From Vicugna vicugna (Eukaryota), in contig MU058052.1 in NCBI GenBank assembly GCA_013265495.1, positions 75,706 through 137,873 of the forward strand: a stretch of 62,168 nucleotides of DNA. The letters are read 5' to 3'. The position numbers and the translations under genes are program-made. Below the pieces are notes generated by a model. It did not search any database. It was not told where the DNA came from and saw only the letters and a program-made list of their open reading frames with translations. Each line of letters begins with the position of its first letter. The first letter of the stretch is position 1. Positions 48,443 through 60,099 of the stretch are shown piece by piece.

Positions 48443-49450
48443 CAGGAGTCCTCAGTTTGCCTGGCTCCAGTATGCATACATTTCAGTTGCTGTGTCTAAT
48501 TAAGAAACACCAGTCCCTCAGTGACACTACTCAAATTTCTGCACCCAGGCTGTATTCTGTGAGTACCTGTGTAAAGTGCAAACTTCACTTCCGGCCCTTC
48601 AGTCCACAGATCACTACGTAAACCACAGATGTGCCTCGTGCGTGCCTGTTAGTCAGCTCGTGCGCAGTCAGCAGAGCACGTGGCTGTGTTGCCTCCTTGC
48701 CTCTCAGTGATAAGCCCACATAACACTTCTCAAAAATAGACGATCAGAAGAGAGAGCTGGCCAATGAAGATAGAATTGCAGCAAAGAAAGGAAAAGTGAT
48801 AGCACTGGGGGTGAAATTCTAATAGAACATCAATAAGGTGTAGAAGAAGATGTTGGGCTGCCACCATTGAAGAGGCCCCAGAGGTGAAGCCAGAATAACC
48901 TGCTGAAGGGGAATTTGTCAACATAAATGAGGGAAGAGTTTGTGGCAGAAAGGATGAAGGTGTCCTGGTGGAAGTGATGCTGGCAAAAAAGCACTTCACG
49001 TTAAAGAAACTCTTGGAGCTGCTCCACAGCAGCATAAGTGCAAAGGACAAAGTGTTGGAAACTGATCCAAACTTGGAAGGGAGTCCAGAAGTTCACCTAG
49101 GCACAGAAAAGAGCTCACTCCATGTTGTGAGTTATGTTATGGAAAGCAGAGGCACGCACTGTTGAAACTACTCTTGATAAAGTTTTAGTAAGTTAAATGT
49201 CCTAATTCTCAGTGTTTCTAATGTTTTAAATTGCAATGTTCTACATCAATATTAGTCTTGCTCTTTTTCACTTTCCTATATGTTTATAACTAACAGTGAA
49301 ATGGAGTTTCTAATGTTTTGAGAAAAAATGTCAAGGGTATGGAACAATCAGTTTGTCCAACTGTGATTATGAAGATCTTTTTGCACAGCTTCAGCATACA
49401 CAGCCACGTGACAGCTCTGTCCTACCGCGTAAAGCAAGAACGGACCTCAT
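48443..49450 (+). mobile_element. TcMar-Tigger DNA transposon remnant (Tigger13a-like)
   Basis: Starts TA|CAG. Internal 'aaggatgaaggtgtcctggtggaagtgatgctggcaaaaaagcacttcacgttaaagaaactc...ttggaaactgatccaaacttggaaggg' resembles the degenerate transposase C-terminus of this family. Confidence 0.75.
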
Positions 49451-49499
49451 CATGTAGTCCAGGGAGTTTTCAGGTGTGAAGACAGTATCTTGCATTTCT

Positions 49500-49690
49500 G
49501 CAGCACCTTACACTTCACAAGGCATTTTAAAATGTGAATCCTTACATAAGCTTCATAAACTCCCTCTGAAGCAGACCCGTCAGATACTATTTTTCCTAGC
49601 TCTGAGGCTGAAAGATATTTTAAAAGCTAGGAAAAGAGCAGGGCCATAGCACATGTCAGCTGCTCTGACTCTCAGCCCAGTACCTTCTCC
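49500..49690 (-). mobile_element. MIR fragment
   Basis: 'ttcataaactccctctgaagcag...tactatttttcct..ctgaggctgaaaga...ctctgactctcagcccagt'. Confidence 0.5.
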
Positions 49691-49949
49691 GTTACTGTCT
49701 GGGTCAGGGTTTACTCAGAACTAACAAAGACAGTGACTTAGATTTCTAGCCATTTTCCACTTTTCAGAGCAAGTTTACATGTATGTCATTGAGTTCTTTC
49801 TGCAGTCACATGAGGAGGGCAGAGCAGATAATAGTATCTGAATTTAAGGATACAAATCAGTAAGGAAAGGATAATCTTTCAACAAACATTACTGGACAAT
49901 TGCATGTTCATGTACCAAAAAAAGTGGTGTCAAAAGCCAGGGATGCTTG

Positions 49950-50142
49950 GGCAGAGAGGGAATGTGAGGCTGTGTGAGGACACAAGAGCGTGGTCAGCTA
50001 CACGCCAAGGAGAGAGGCCTTAGAAGAAGTGAACCCTGCTGACACCTTGATCTTGGGCTCCTAGTGTCCAGAACTGTGAAAATAAGTTTCTGTTTAAGCC
50101 ACTCAGCCTGCGGTGTTCTGTCATGGCAGCCCTAGCAAACGG
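49950..50142 (+). mobile_element. MLT1A-type LTR fragment
   Basis: 'gccaaggagagaggccttagaagaagtgaaccctgctgacaccttgatcttgggctcctagtgtccagaactgtgaaaataagtttctgtttaagccactcag'. Confidence 0.85.
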
Positions 50143-51594
50143 GTGCGCTGTGTCATTCCATTTATGTAAAATTCTAGAAGATTCAAACTAATTTAGATTG
50201 ACATGAAGTTGATTAGTGGTTGCCTTGAGGGCAGGAGTGGTGCGAGACAGACAGATTGCAGAGGGGCGGGGTGTGAACATCTGAGCAGTGATGGAGATGC
50301 TCAGTTATCTGTACTGTAGTGATGCTTTCATGGGTGCACACGCATGACAGTTATACCTCAATACCCTGTTAAAAAGATGGTTTGTGAGCACAAAGCTATA
50401 TTATACTTTTCATACTTTGTACACTTTCCCATTGTAGTGTAGATAGCTGGAAAAACATCAGCTGGCTCAGGGAGAGAGAGTCAACAAAGCTCAGTACATC
50501 AGTGAGGCCTCTGTGTGTTTCTGTTACTACCACCACCAGGAGGAGGAGGAGTAATACGCTTAGATGTGCCCCGCACTGATCTGAGTCCTTCACAGGTTGC
50601 GACTCCTGTAACCCTCACCACAGTCCTGTGATGCTGGTGCTCAGAATCTTTGTTTCTCGAAAAGGCTAAGAGAAATTGATTACTTTTCTGCACTGCTACT
50701 AGGAGACAGACCTGGGACTCAGACTTCGGCTTAAGCACTCTGCAGTGGTGTTTCTCTATGTTAATTCTTGTTTAGACCACAAACGGGTTTTCTGTGCTGC
50801 GCGTTATTTTCTGTTTCAAGAAACCATGTTTAGCACTTAAATGATAGATTCAGTCATTCTTTATACAGATATACAGCTGTGTTTTGCAAGCTTGCTGTGT
50901 TCTGCTGTTTCCTGTTCTGTCTTCCCTTAGTTCTGATTAATTAGTTGTTTCATTAGAGATGGGCTAAGTTGTTAATGAAGTCTCAAACTCTGCCTGTCTG
51001 CAGCTAGCTCTCCTTTTGTTTTTATCCTGATAAATGAATATCTTTGTTGATTTTAGGTTTGTGGGATTTATCTCTTAGTTTTCTCTGGGTGTTAAACCTC
51101 ACTGTTCTCCAGCTTCCAGTGTTTTAGATGAGAAATATAATGATAATCTTATTCTTACTCTTCTATAAGAAACATTCTTTTCATTCTGAAACCTTCTCGC
51201 ATTTAATTTTTCCCTGAAATTCAGGAATGTTACCAGATGTGTTTCACTTTATCAGTCTTACCTACAACTCATGGAACTGTTCAGTCTGCAGAGCCAGCCT
51301 TCCTTTAGCCGCAGGTCAGTGTCTTCCCTTACTGGGTCCTTGCTCATCCTCAGTCCACTCTTTCCCTTTTTCTGGAGCCCCTGTGGTGCAGGGGGTGGTC
51401 TCCTCATCTGTCTTCGAAGGCTTTCCTCTTCCTCTGTTTCTTTACTTCTGCCTTTTTGTAGTTTTTGCATGTGTTTACCTTTCTCTCTCTAGTTTTTATT
51501 CTTACTCTGTCTTTCATTTGGCCTTCTAGGGAATTAAGTAAAATTTCAAGAAAAACTTTGCTCCTTTAGATCATCTACAAAAATTTTTAGCTAG

Positions 51595-51835
51595 TGTGGT
51601 GATTAATTGTATGCGTTGACTTGGCTAGGCCGCAGTGCCTAGGGATTTGGTCAAACATCAGTCTAGATGTTGTTTTAGAGGTATTTTTAGATGTGATTAA
51701 CATTTAACCAGTAGACTGAGTAAATCAGATTCTCCCCTGTAATATGATGGTGTGAGCCCTTACAATAAATCTCTTCCAGTGCATGTATGTGCACAGCTTA
51801 CTGGTTCTGTTTCTCTAAGAGCACTGACTAATACA
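51595..51835 (+). mobile_element. MLT2-type 5' LTR (internally deleted) of an ERV-L provirus
   Basis: TG...CA termini (tgtggtgattaattgtatgcgttgacttggctaggcc...ggttctgtttctctaagagcactgactaataca). AATAAA at 51764-51769; followed by PBS-like ctttggtacc. Confidence 0.88.
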
Positions 51836-54800
51836 AACTTTGGTACCACAAGTGGTTCTAGAGGAATGGAATCTTAGAGATGAGTTTCATGAATTGGTTC
51901 CCCAGTCTGACAGAATTTAAAGCGTTAATGACTCTTTCTAGCAGTAAGGAGAGCACGTAATTCGTGGCGTGACACGGCAGTAGAGATCCACAAACTCTCA
52001 CTGGTAGGTATTCCTATTCAAATACTTACATAAAGGCAAGGTTCTGGGTAACTATGTATAAGCTACCTGAGATTACTTTTGTCAAACTAACAAGTGTAAT
52101 GAGATTGGCTGGTTGCTCCTAGTTGTGCTGGACAAATGGGAAAAGAAAATTACCATCCCAGGGATTCAGATTTCCAACCCAAGCACCATGCAAATGTCCT
52201 GAAAGTTTTTATGTCTGCCCTGAAGTAAACCCTTGTCTCCTAGAGCCATGGAGCCAGGACCTCTGAAAACCTAACCCCAGGTCTCATCCTGCAAATGGCT
52301 AAAACACAATGCAAATTGAGTTCCCGACCTTGCATGGTGTTTGCTGTTAAAATGAGGGCATTGACTGAGAAAGAATGCGATCCTGAAAACGAACAGAAAC
52401 ACAGGGGAAGATCCTGGTGAAGGTACACACAACAAACCCCTAAACGCTGAGGTGTCTTCTTCGCCAGTGCTGCTGACAGTGGCAAGAATCTGACAGCGAT
52501 TGCAGGAGACCTAGGGCGTCACTGTGGTCTGCCAGTTAGAGTGGTGCTTATAGAAGTTACATAGTGAATGAAGTTTTAGCTCAGGTCCACTTCACAGTGG
52601 GTCCACTGGGTGCTGACCCACTGTGGTTACTTCCCCAGTTCTGGAATGCATTACTGGAATAGATACACTCCACAGCTGGCAGAATCCCTGCATTGGTTCC
52701 CTGACCTGTGGAGGAGGGCTAATACAACAGAAGAGGTCAAATGGAAGCCACTAGATCTGCTTCTACCTAAGAAAATAGTAAGTTAAAAGCAATCCTGCAT
52801 TCTTGGAGAGAATTCAGAGAATAGTGCCACCGTCAAGGAGTTAAAAGAGACAGAGGTGGCGATTCCCCCCCACTCACCTGTTTGACCTGTGCAGAAAATA
52901 GGTGGACCTTAGAGAATGATAGTCAATTATTATAAGCTTAAGCAGATGGTGACTTGAGTTGCAGCTGCTGTACCAGATGTGATTTTACTGCTTTAGAAAA
53001 TTACACATGCCCTGGTACGTGGTGTGTACCTAATAATCTGGCAAACGCTTTCTCTCCATACCTGTTAGTGGAGACCACCGGAAACAGTTTGCTTTCAGCT
53101 GGCAAGGTCAGCGATACACCTTCACTGTCCTGCCTCAGGGAAAGGTCAACTCTCCAGCCCTGTGTCATAGTTCACAGGGATCTTGGTCACCTTTTGAATT
53201 ACCTAATACATCACAGTGGTCCATTATATTGATGACATTGTGCTGATTGAACCTAGTGAGCAGGAAGTAGCAGCTAACTAGACTTACAGGTAAGTCATTT
53301 GTGCGTGAGAGGGTGGGAAATGAATCCAGTGAGAATTCAGCGGCCTCCTCTTCAGTGAAACTTCTAGAGGTCCAGCAGTGTGGGGCATGTCAGAATAACC
53401 CTTCCTAGGGTGAAGGATAAGATGTTGCACCTGATGCCTCCCAGAGCCGAAGGAGCAGAATGCCTAGTGGTCCTCTGGATTTTGGAGGCAACACGTTCCT
53501 CATTTGGGTGTGCTGCTCTGGCCCACCTACCAGGAGACTCAAAGGCTGCTAGTTCTGACTGGGGCTGAGAACAGGAGAAAGCTGTGCCACAGGGCCAGGC
53601 CGCCGCCCAGCTGCTCTGCCCCTTGGGCCTTGGGATCCAGCAGACGCAGTGCCAGTGGAAGACAGGGTCGCTGTCTGGAGCCTTTGTCAGGCCCTTAAAG
53701 ATGAATCGCAGCACAGGCCATGGGATTTTGGAGCAAAGTCTTGCCAGTCTCTGTATAACTGCTCTCCTTTTGAGAAACAGCTTTTGACCTGCTACTGGGC
53801 CTTAGTAGAGACTGAACACTTACCCATGGGCTGTAGAACCAGAAAGTTGGGCGTGCACAGCCGCACCCCACCATCAAATGGAAGTGGTGTGTACACGGTT
53901 GGGCTTGAGCAGGCTCTGAGGGTGCAAGGTCATGACATAAAGTGGGCAAAATGCCCGGGGTCCCTTCTCCTCCTGCGTTACCTTCTCTTTCCCAGCCTGC
54001 ACCTGCGGCCTCATGACGAGTTCCCTATGATCAGTTGACTGAGGAAGAGAAAACTGGGGCCCGGCTGACAGGTGGTTCTGCTTGATAAGCAGGCACCACC
54101 TGAAAGCGGACGGCAGCTTCACTGCAGCCCCTTTTTGGGGAACATTCCCGAAGGACAGTGGTGAAGGGAAATCCTCCCCGGTGGTAGAACATTGAACAGA
54201 GCACTTAGTTGTTCATTTTTCTTGGAAGGAGAAATGGCCAGAGGTTCAAATCTTTACTCATTCATGGGCTGTAGTCAGTTGTTAAGCAGGATGGTCAGGG
54301 ACTTGGAAAGAACGTGATTGGAAAATTGATCACAGGGAGATCTGGGAGACATAATGTGTATAGACCTCTCTGAAAGGGCAAAAAATGTGAAGACATTTGT
54401 GTCCTTTGTGAATGCTCATCGGAGGGTGATTTAAGAAGAGGTGTTAGTAATCATGTGGCTAGGATGACCTATCCTGTGGCTACTGGTCAGCCTCTTTCCC
54501 AGCCACCCCCTTCATCACCCAGTGGGTTTATGAACAGAGAGATACGCTGGCTGTGCATGGGCTCCTCGACGTGGACTTCCACTTCCCAGGCCGACCTTCC
54601 TGCGGCCACTGTCGAGAGCCCCATCCGCCAGCAGCAGACCCAAGACTTGAGACCCCAGTCTGGCACCTTTGGGTGGGTTGATCACACTGGATTGCTTCTG
54701 TCATAGAAGGAACAGCGCTCTTCTTACCCTGAAGTAGACACTGGGTTCTACCAAAGCTGCCATCTGCGGGCCTGCAGGATGCCTTCTCCACCATCATGGT

Positions 54801-55155
54801 CGTCCACACAGCCTTGTTTCTGATCAAGGAGCTCACTTTGAGGGGATCATGATCATGCAGTTCACTGGCCTTCACGTCTTCCTCATAACCCCGAGGCCGC
54901 TGGCCGGGCAGAGCAGTGGAGTGGCCTTCTGGAGACTCAGTTGCAGTGCCGGCTGGGTGGCAGTGCCTCGCAGGGCTAGGGTGCTGTTCTCCACGGGGGT
55001 GTTACTTGCTCCAAATTAGTGTCCAGTATATGGTGCTGTTTCTGCCATAGCCAGGAGCCAGGAATCGAGGGCTGGAAGTGCAGTGGCCCCACTCACTGTA
55101 ACTTCCGGTGGTTAGCACGGGTTTTACCTCCTGTCACTGCCACCTTCTGCTCTTA
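51836..55155 (+). mobile_element. ERV-L internal region (decayed gag and pol: protease, RT, RNase H, integrase); no 3' LTR found
   Basis: RT catalytic motif CAT TAT ATT GAT GAC ATT = HYIDDI at 53222-53239. Also 'FEKQLLTCYWALVETEHL' (ORF 53649-54038) and an integrase zinc-finger remnant 'ATVESPIRQQQ' (ORF 54455-54706). Many stops and frameshifts. Confidence 0.9.
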
Positions 55156-55446
55156 GGCCTCGAGCTCTTAGGCTGCCTGCATTAATGCCATCTGGCACTT
55201 GGTGGGGCTTTTCCACCTGCAGGCTTGAGTCTTCCTTGAAGGGAAGCAGGTCGTGGAACCACTGGTGGACTGTGGAGTCTAGAGAAATGGCCGTAATGCA
55301 GAGCAAACTACTCAGCCACTTTGAGTAAAGGCTCCGCAGGGTGCGGCTGGCCCGGCCGCACGTTCGCACTGACTTCTGCCACTTTCTCTGTTGCCTGGGG
55401 GATCTTCTCCTGGGGCCACTCGAGCCACTTCTTTCCTGCTGAATTC

Positions 55447-55921
55447 GGGCCCACCCGGTTGCTTGGTGCTGTGCTTCCGTGTGCTTTGCAGGTACTTTAT
55501 TTACTTCACAAATTGCAAGTCTGCGGCAGCCCTGCTTAGAGCTAATCTGTCAGCACCATCTTCCCAACAGCATTTCCTCACATTTTGGCACTTTTTGCAA
55601 TATTTCAAACTTTTTCATTATTATTATATTTGTTACAGTTATCTGTGATCAGCCATCTTTGACATTACTATTGCAAAAAGATTACAACTTGCTGAAGGCT
55701 CAGATGATGGTTAGCATTTTCTAGCAATAAAGTATTTTTTAATTAAAATATGTATATTGTTTTATAGACATAATGTTATTGCACACTTAATAGACTACAG
55801 TGTAATATAATCTTTATATGCACTGGGGAACAAAAAAATTTCACGTGACTCGCTTATTGCAATAGTCTCTTTTTTGTGGTGGTCCAGAAATTGAACCTGC
55901 AGTATCTCCAAGGAATGCCTG
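55447..55921 (+). mobile_element. Tigger1 internal-deletion derivative (Tigger1a_Art-like)
   Basis: Tigger1 5' arm ('caatatttcaaactttttcattattattatat..gttatctgtgatcag') is fused directly to the 3' arm ('gcaaaaagattacaacttgctgaaggctcagatgatggttagcatt...tatctccaaggaatgcctg'). Confidence 0.88.
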
Positions 55922-55952
55922 TGTTCTGAATTTTGTTTCTGAAATTCCTTTT

Positions 55953-56575
55953 TTTTTTTCTATTCAGTATCCTTTTTTTTAACATTTTTTTATTGAGTTA
56001 TAGTCATTTTACAATGTTGTGTCAAATTCCAGTGTAGAGCAATTTTTCAGTTATACATGAACATATATACATTCATTGTCACATTTGTTTTCGCTGTGAG
56101 CTACCACTAGATCTTGTATATAGTTCCCTGTGCTATACAGTACAATCTTGTTTATCTGTTCTACATTTTGAATTCCCAGTCTGTCCCTTCCCCCTTGGCA
56201 ACCACAAGTTTCTATTCTGTGTCTATGAGTCTGTTTCCGTTTTGTATGTTGTCGTGTTTTTTTTTAGATTCCACATATGAGCGATCTCAAAATTGTATTT
56301 TTCTTTCTCTTTCTGGCTTACTTCACTTAGAATGACGTTCTCCAGGCACATCCGTGTTGCTGCAAATGGCGTTATGTTGTCGGGTTTTATGGCTGAATAG
56401 TATTCCATTGTATAAATATACCACATCTTCTTTATCCAGTCATCTGTTGATGGACATTTAGGCTGTTTCCATGTCTTGGCTGTTGTAAATAGTGCTGCTA
56501 TGAACATTGGGGAGCAGGTGTCCTTTTGAAGTAGGGTTCCTTCTGGATTTATGCCTAGGAGCGGGATTCCTGGGT
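55953..56575 (-). mobile_element. 5'-truncated young L1 (3' ~600 bp) with 13-bp TSD
   Basis: ORF2 C-terminus in ORF 56223-56651 (PMFIAALFTTAKTWKQPKCPSTDDWIKKMWYIYTMEYYSAIK). TSD tgaa(a/g)ttcctttt at 55940-55952 and 56576-56588. Confidence 0.95.
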
Positions 56576-57177
56576 TGAAGTTCCTTTTATGAATTCCTGT
56601 TACATGCTCTGCATCCTTTAGCATTTTAATAATTATTGTCATTTTTTTCACTTTTTTTTTTTTTNNNNNNNNNNNNNTTTTTTTTTTTTTGAGTTCTGGT
56701 AAACTTCCTTAAGCCAGTTTTCTAAATCATTAATTTGTTTTTCTGTTCACTTCTCACTTTAGGGATTTTAATTGAGTAATTATGGTTTTTATTTGAAAGC
56801 AAGCTTTCATTACTTTATGTTGTTTAATTTTCACATATCAAATCTCCCTTTTGATAATAAAAAAATTATTTTCTGCTACAAAATATTACATGTTCGCTCT
56901 AAGAAATTTTAGATAATAAAATAGCCACTGCTAGCATTTTGATAAATACTTGCCAAGTTTTTAGATTGTATGTTTATATATGATGTATATGTATATGTGT
57001 GTATATATATATGATGAAAGATCTTACTTTAATGCTCTTTTACCTCCTTTATAATTGAATAATTTAACAAATTTATGTCAATAAAAACATATATATCATC
57101 CTTTTAAATAATAAAATAAGGTTTCCTCAGATTCCATTTAAAGTACAAATAGGAGTTTTTAAAAATATTCTTCCCTC

Positions 57178-57551
57178 CAGTCTGTCCCTTCCCACCCCCT
57201 GCCCCCCTGGCAACCACAAGTCTGTATTCTATGTCTGTGAGTCTGTTTCTGTTCTGTATTTATGCTTTGTTTGTTTTTTGTTTTTTGCTTTTAGATTCCA
57301 CATATGAGCGATTTCAAAATCGTAGAATAGATAAACAAGATTATACTGTGTAGCACAGGGAAATATGCACAAGATCTTATGGTAGCTCACAGAGAAAAAA
57401 ATGTGACAATGAATGTATGTATGTTTATGTATAACTGAAAAATTGTGCTCCGCATTGGAATTTGACACAGCATTGTAAAATGATTATAAGTCAATTAAAA
57501 AGTTTTAAAAATGTGATATATATTACAAAAAATAAAAAATAAAAGCTAAAA
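57178..57551 (+). mobile_element. Short young L1 with 5' inversion (57178-~57311 antisense, ~57312-57551 sense)
   Basis: The antisense and sense halves are contiguous in the L1 3'UTR (compare 5700-6020). Flanks aaaaatattcttccctc (57161-57177) and aaaaatacactcttccctc (57552-57570). Confidence 0.92.
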
Positions 57552-58659
57552 AAAAATACACTCTTCCCTCTTATGAAAAGGAGGACATTTGCTCTGATGT
57601 CTCAGCATGGTCTCCTTTTGTGAAGTGCTGGCTGTCTTTGTATATCTAGTCATTGTTTTTCCTATGTATTCATATTTATGAGGAGATGTTTGTTTGCTAT
57701 TTTGGAGTTTGAAAAAGGTTCTGTCAGAAATTGTGTGAGCCCTGTTCAGTGATCTCGGTCACAGTGTATTTGCTAGATAAGTGGGCGGCATGACCTTGAG
57801 TAGCAGGGAGGGACTATGGGCGAGACCACTGCGTGGTAGAAGGACCCTCCTTTTATTCTCTCTGTGGGAGCAGTGGTGGGACCAGAGCCCCAGATGTCCA
57901 TGTAAAGTGAAGAAAGAGCTCCTGGGCCGGTGGAGTTTACAGAGAGCCAAGTAGTTGGACCTCCCCCCCATATTCTAATAGTTCATGTTAGATGAGCCCC
58001 GTGTTACTTGGAGCAAATCCACTACTTTGCAGCATGCTTTTGTCACAGTACCTTTGCTTTGATTAGCATGCCACTTCACCAGGTGAAAGCTGAAAATGGA
58101 CGTAAAAGATGGCAGCTTATGTGGGGGGCCACTGGCAGAATTCCAGTAACCCTAGGGTTTGTATCTGGTCACTACCCCAGTCTTCCTCTTCCACTCCAGC
58201 CCCTGCTGCTCTGGGCTTGCCTGTTCTCTGGATTTGTAGGAGCCTGTCGCTCGCTCACTTGCTTCCTCAGAGCGCTTCCCCTTTGCTGTGTTCGGTTACA
58301 GGCTAGGAGGTGCCTCCCTCGGCCTGATCCCACCGATGCCATGTCTAACAGAAATCTCCCAAAGTGTCTGGATTCCGATGGCATCCTTCTCTGTTTAGTA
58401 GCAACTGAGTTTAAAAAAAAAAAAACTACCTTATCCTAACTGTATATTCCTTAAGCCATACCAGTAGGTTTTCAGGAGGGAACATTTGAAGTTCATGGGC
58501 TGAGGTAACCTTTTTGAAAGGAAACACCTTTCAAAATGCCGTCTTCTTTGTTGGTCAGAGGTAAGCAGACTCCCTCACGCGAAGTGTTTCCATGAGGTCT
58601 GGGTGTGCGGCGTCTCCCACGCCTCCTTTGCCCACCGGATGTTTCTGGTTTCGTAACAG

Positions 58660-58994
58660 ATGATTCAACACGTGTTCTCCTTGGGGAAGACAAGGACTAC
58701 ATCAACGCTAGTTACGTTAAAATCGTCAATGCTGGGGAAGAGTATTACTATATCGCCACCCAGGGGCCACTGCCAGGTACCACAGACGACTTCTGGCAGA
58801 TGGTTGTGGAAAACAACTCTAATGTTATTGCCATGATAACCAGAGAGGTAGAAGATGGAGTTATCAAATGCCACCATTACTGGCCCATTTCGATGAAGAA
58901 GTCTTTGGACTTGAAAAGCTGTCGTGTCTTCCTGGAGAGCTACCAGATACTTCAGAGTTTCGTTGTTCGAATATTTCAAGTTGTCAGGAAGTCC
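58660..58994 (+). CDS. PTPN20: PTPN20 coding exon 7, PTP domain motifs 2-7 (Y DSTRVLLGEDKDYINASYVKIVNAGEEYYYIATQGPLPGTTDDFWQMVVENNSNVIAMITREVEDGVIKCHHYWP...FQVVRKS)
   Basis: Acceptor tttctggtttcgtaacAG; donor TCC|gtaagt; phase 1 in, phase 0 out. Has DYINAS, IATQGP, DFWQMV and KCxxYWP motifs; 'ENNSNVIAMITRE' is characteristic of PTPN20. The gene continues beyond the window. Confidence 0.97.
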
Positions 58995-59399
58995 GTAAGT
59001 TTAAAAAAAAACTCATCTATTCAGAGATACATCTTTCATTATGGAAGCACACGTGTCAGGAGAAGTTAGGAGGGTGGATACAGCTGGGGATACTTTAAAG
59101 TAACTTGTTTTTACTTCTCCCTGGGACCAGAAACTAAGACAGCACCACTTCTCCTCCTGCCTAACCAAACTCTGGAGAGATGGAAAAACTGGAAAGGGGA
59201 GTTGGGGCAGTTGAGAGCGAGTACTGGAAGTTGCCTGATCCTGGGACGCACTTCAGCTGCTTCTGAGTGTGACAGATACGCATCGAGTCCTTAGATATGC
59301 TGACGATCACGGTGCCAGGCACTACCGCTCCACACCGAGTAGTGGAGAGCTCGGTACGCCCCCGATACTTCCAGTTCCTCTGCTCACTGGCAACACTGA

Positions 59400-59760
59400 G
59401 ATCTGTATGGGGTGCTTTGGGGGCCCAGGAGGAAGCACCTAGCTCTGCTTGGGTTTTATGGAAAGGTTTTCTAGAGGAAGTGACGTCTGGATTGAGACTT
59501 ACCCATGAGAAAGATGGAAAGAGGAAGTAGATGGCCAAGGTATAAAAGAGCACGGGATATGTAGAGAGACGTAGGTAGTTACGTGTTTCTGGAATGTAAA
59601 GTCACAGTGCCAGGGAGTAGTCAGAGCTGAGAGGAGGCTATAGAGAATAGACAGGGAACAATCTTGGACTTCAGCTCAGGAGCCCGAACTTTATTATGGA
59701 GATAATTGGGAGACAGCTGAAGAATTTTAGTTAGAAGGGCCCGTGACCAACTAGCAGGTA
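59400..59760 (-). mobile_element. L2 fragment
   Basis: 'gggcccaggaggaagcacctagctctgcttggg...ggaaaggttttctagaggaagtgacgtctggattgagactt', 'ataattgggagacagctgaagaattttag'. Confidence 0.7.
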
Positions 59761-59835
59761 ACAATTAGACAGAAAGCAAAAATAAAATTGGCACTTATTC
59801 ATGACTTGTGACTTACAAGGAGAGTTGAAAAGTTA

Positions 59836-60031
59836 TGCTGTCCAATACAAAGCCACATGTGGCTATTTAAGTTCAGATTTAAATTACTTAACCTTACATA
59901 AAATAACCAGTTCCGTTCCTCACTTGCAGTAACCACACTTGTGTTTAGTCGCATGTTAACTAGTGCTGCCGTATGGGCAGCACAGATACAAAGTGTTTGC
60001 ATCATTGTAGAAAGTTCTTTGGGAAGTACTG
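59836..60031 (-). mobile_element. MER3-like hAT-Charlie non-autonomous DNA transposon
   Basis: 'tgctgtccaataca..agccacatgtggctatttaa...gcatcattgtagaaagttctttggga..gtactg' follows the reverse complement of MER3. Confidence 0.8.
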
Positions 60032-60099
60032 GTCTAGAATAATTCATAGAATAATTCATTTCTTACTCTAACAGACTCAGATAATAGAAAATGAATGAT

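Noticed and set aside
52900..54900. Domesticated ERV-L pol gene
   Set aside because: Only short motif remnants survive in different frames, with numerous stops.
58605..59069. ORF-track 154-aa ORF as a stand-alone protein (likewise 17149-17421, 33780-33971, 42699-42881, 45139-45330)
   Set aside because: These are PTPN20 exons with read-through into flanking intron; similarity stops at the AG/GT splice sites.
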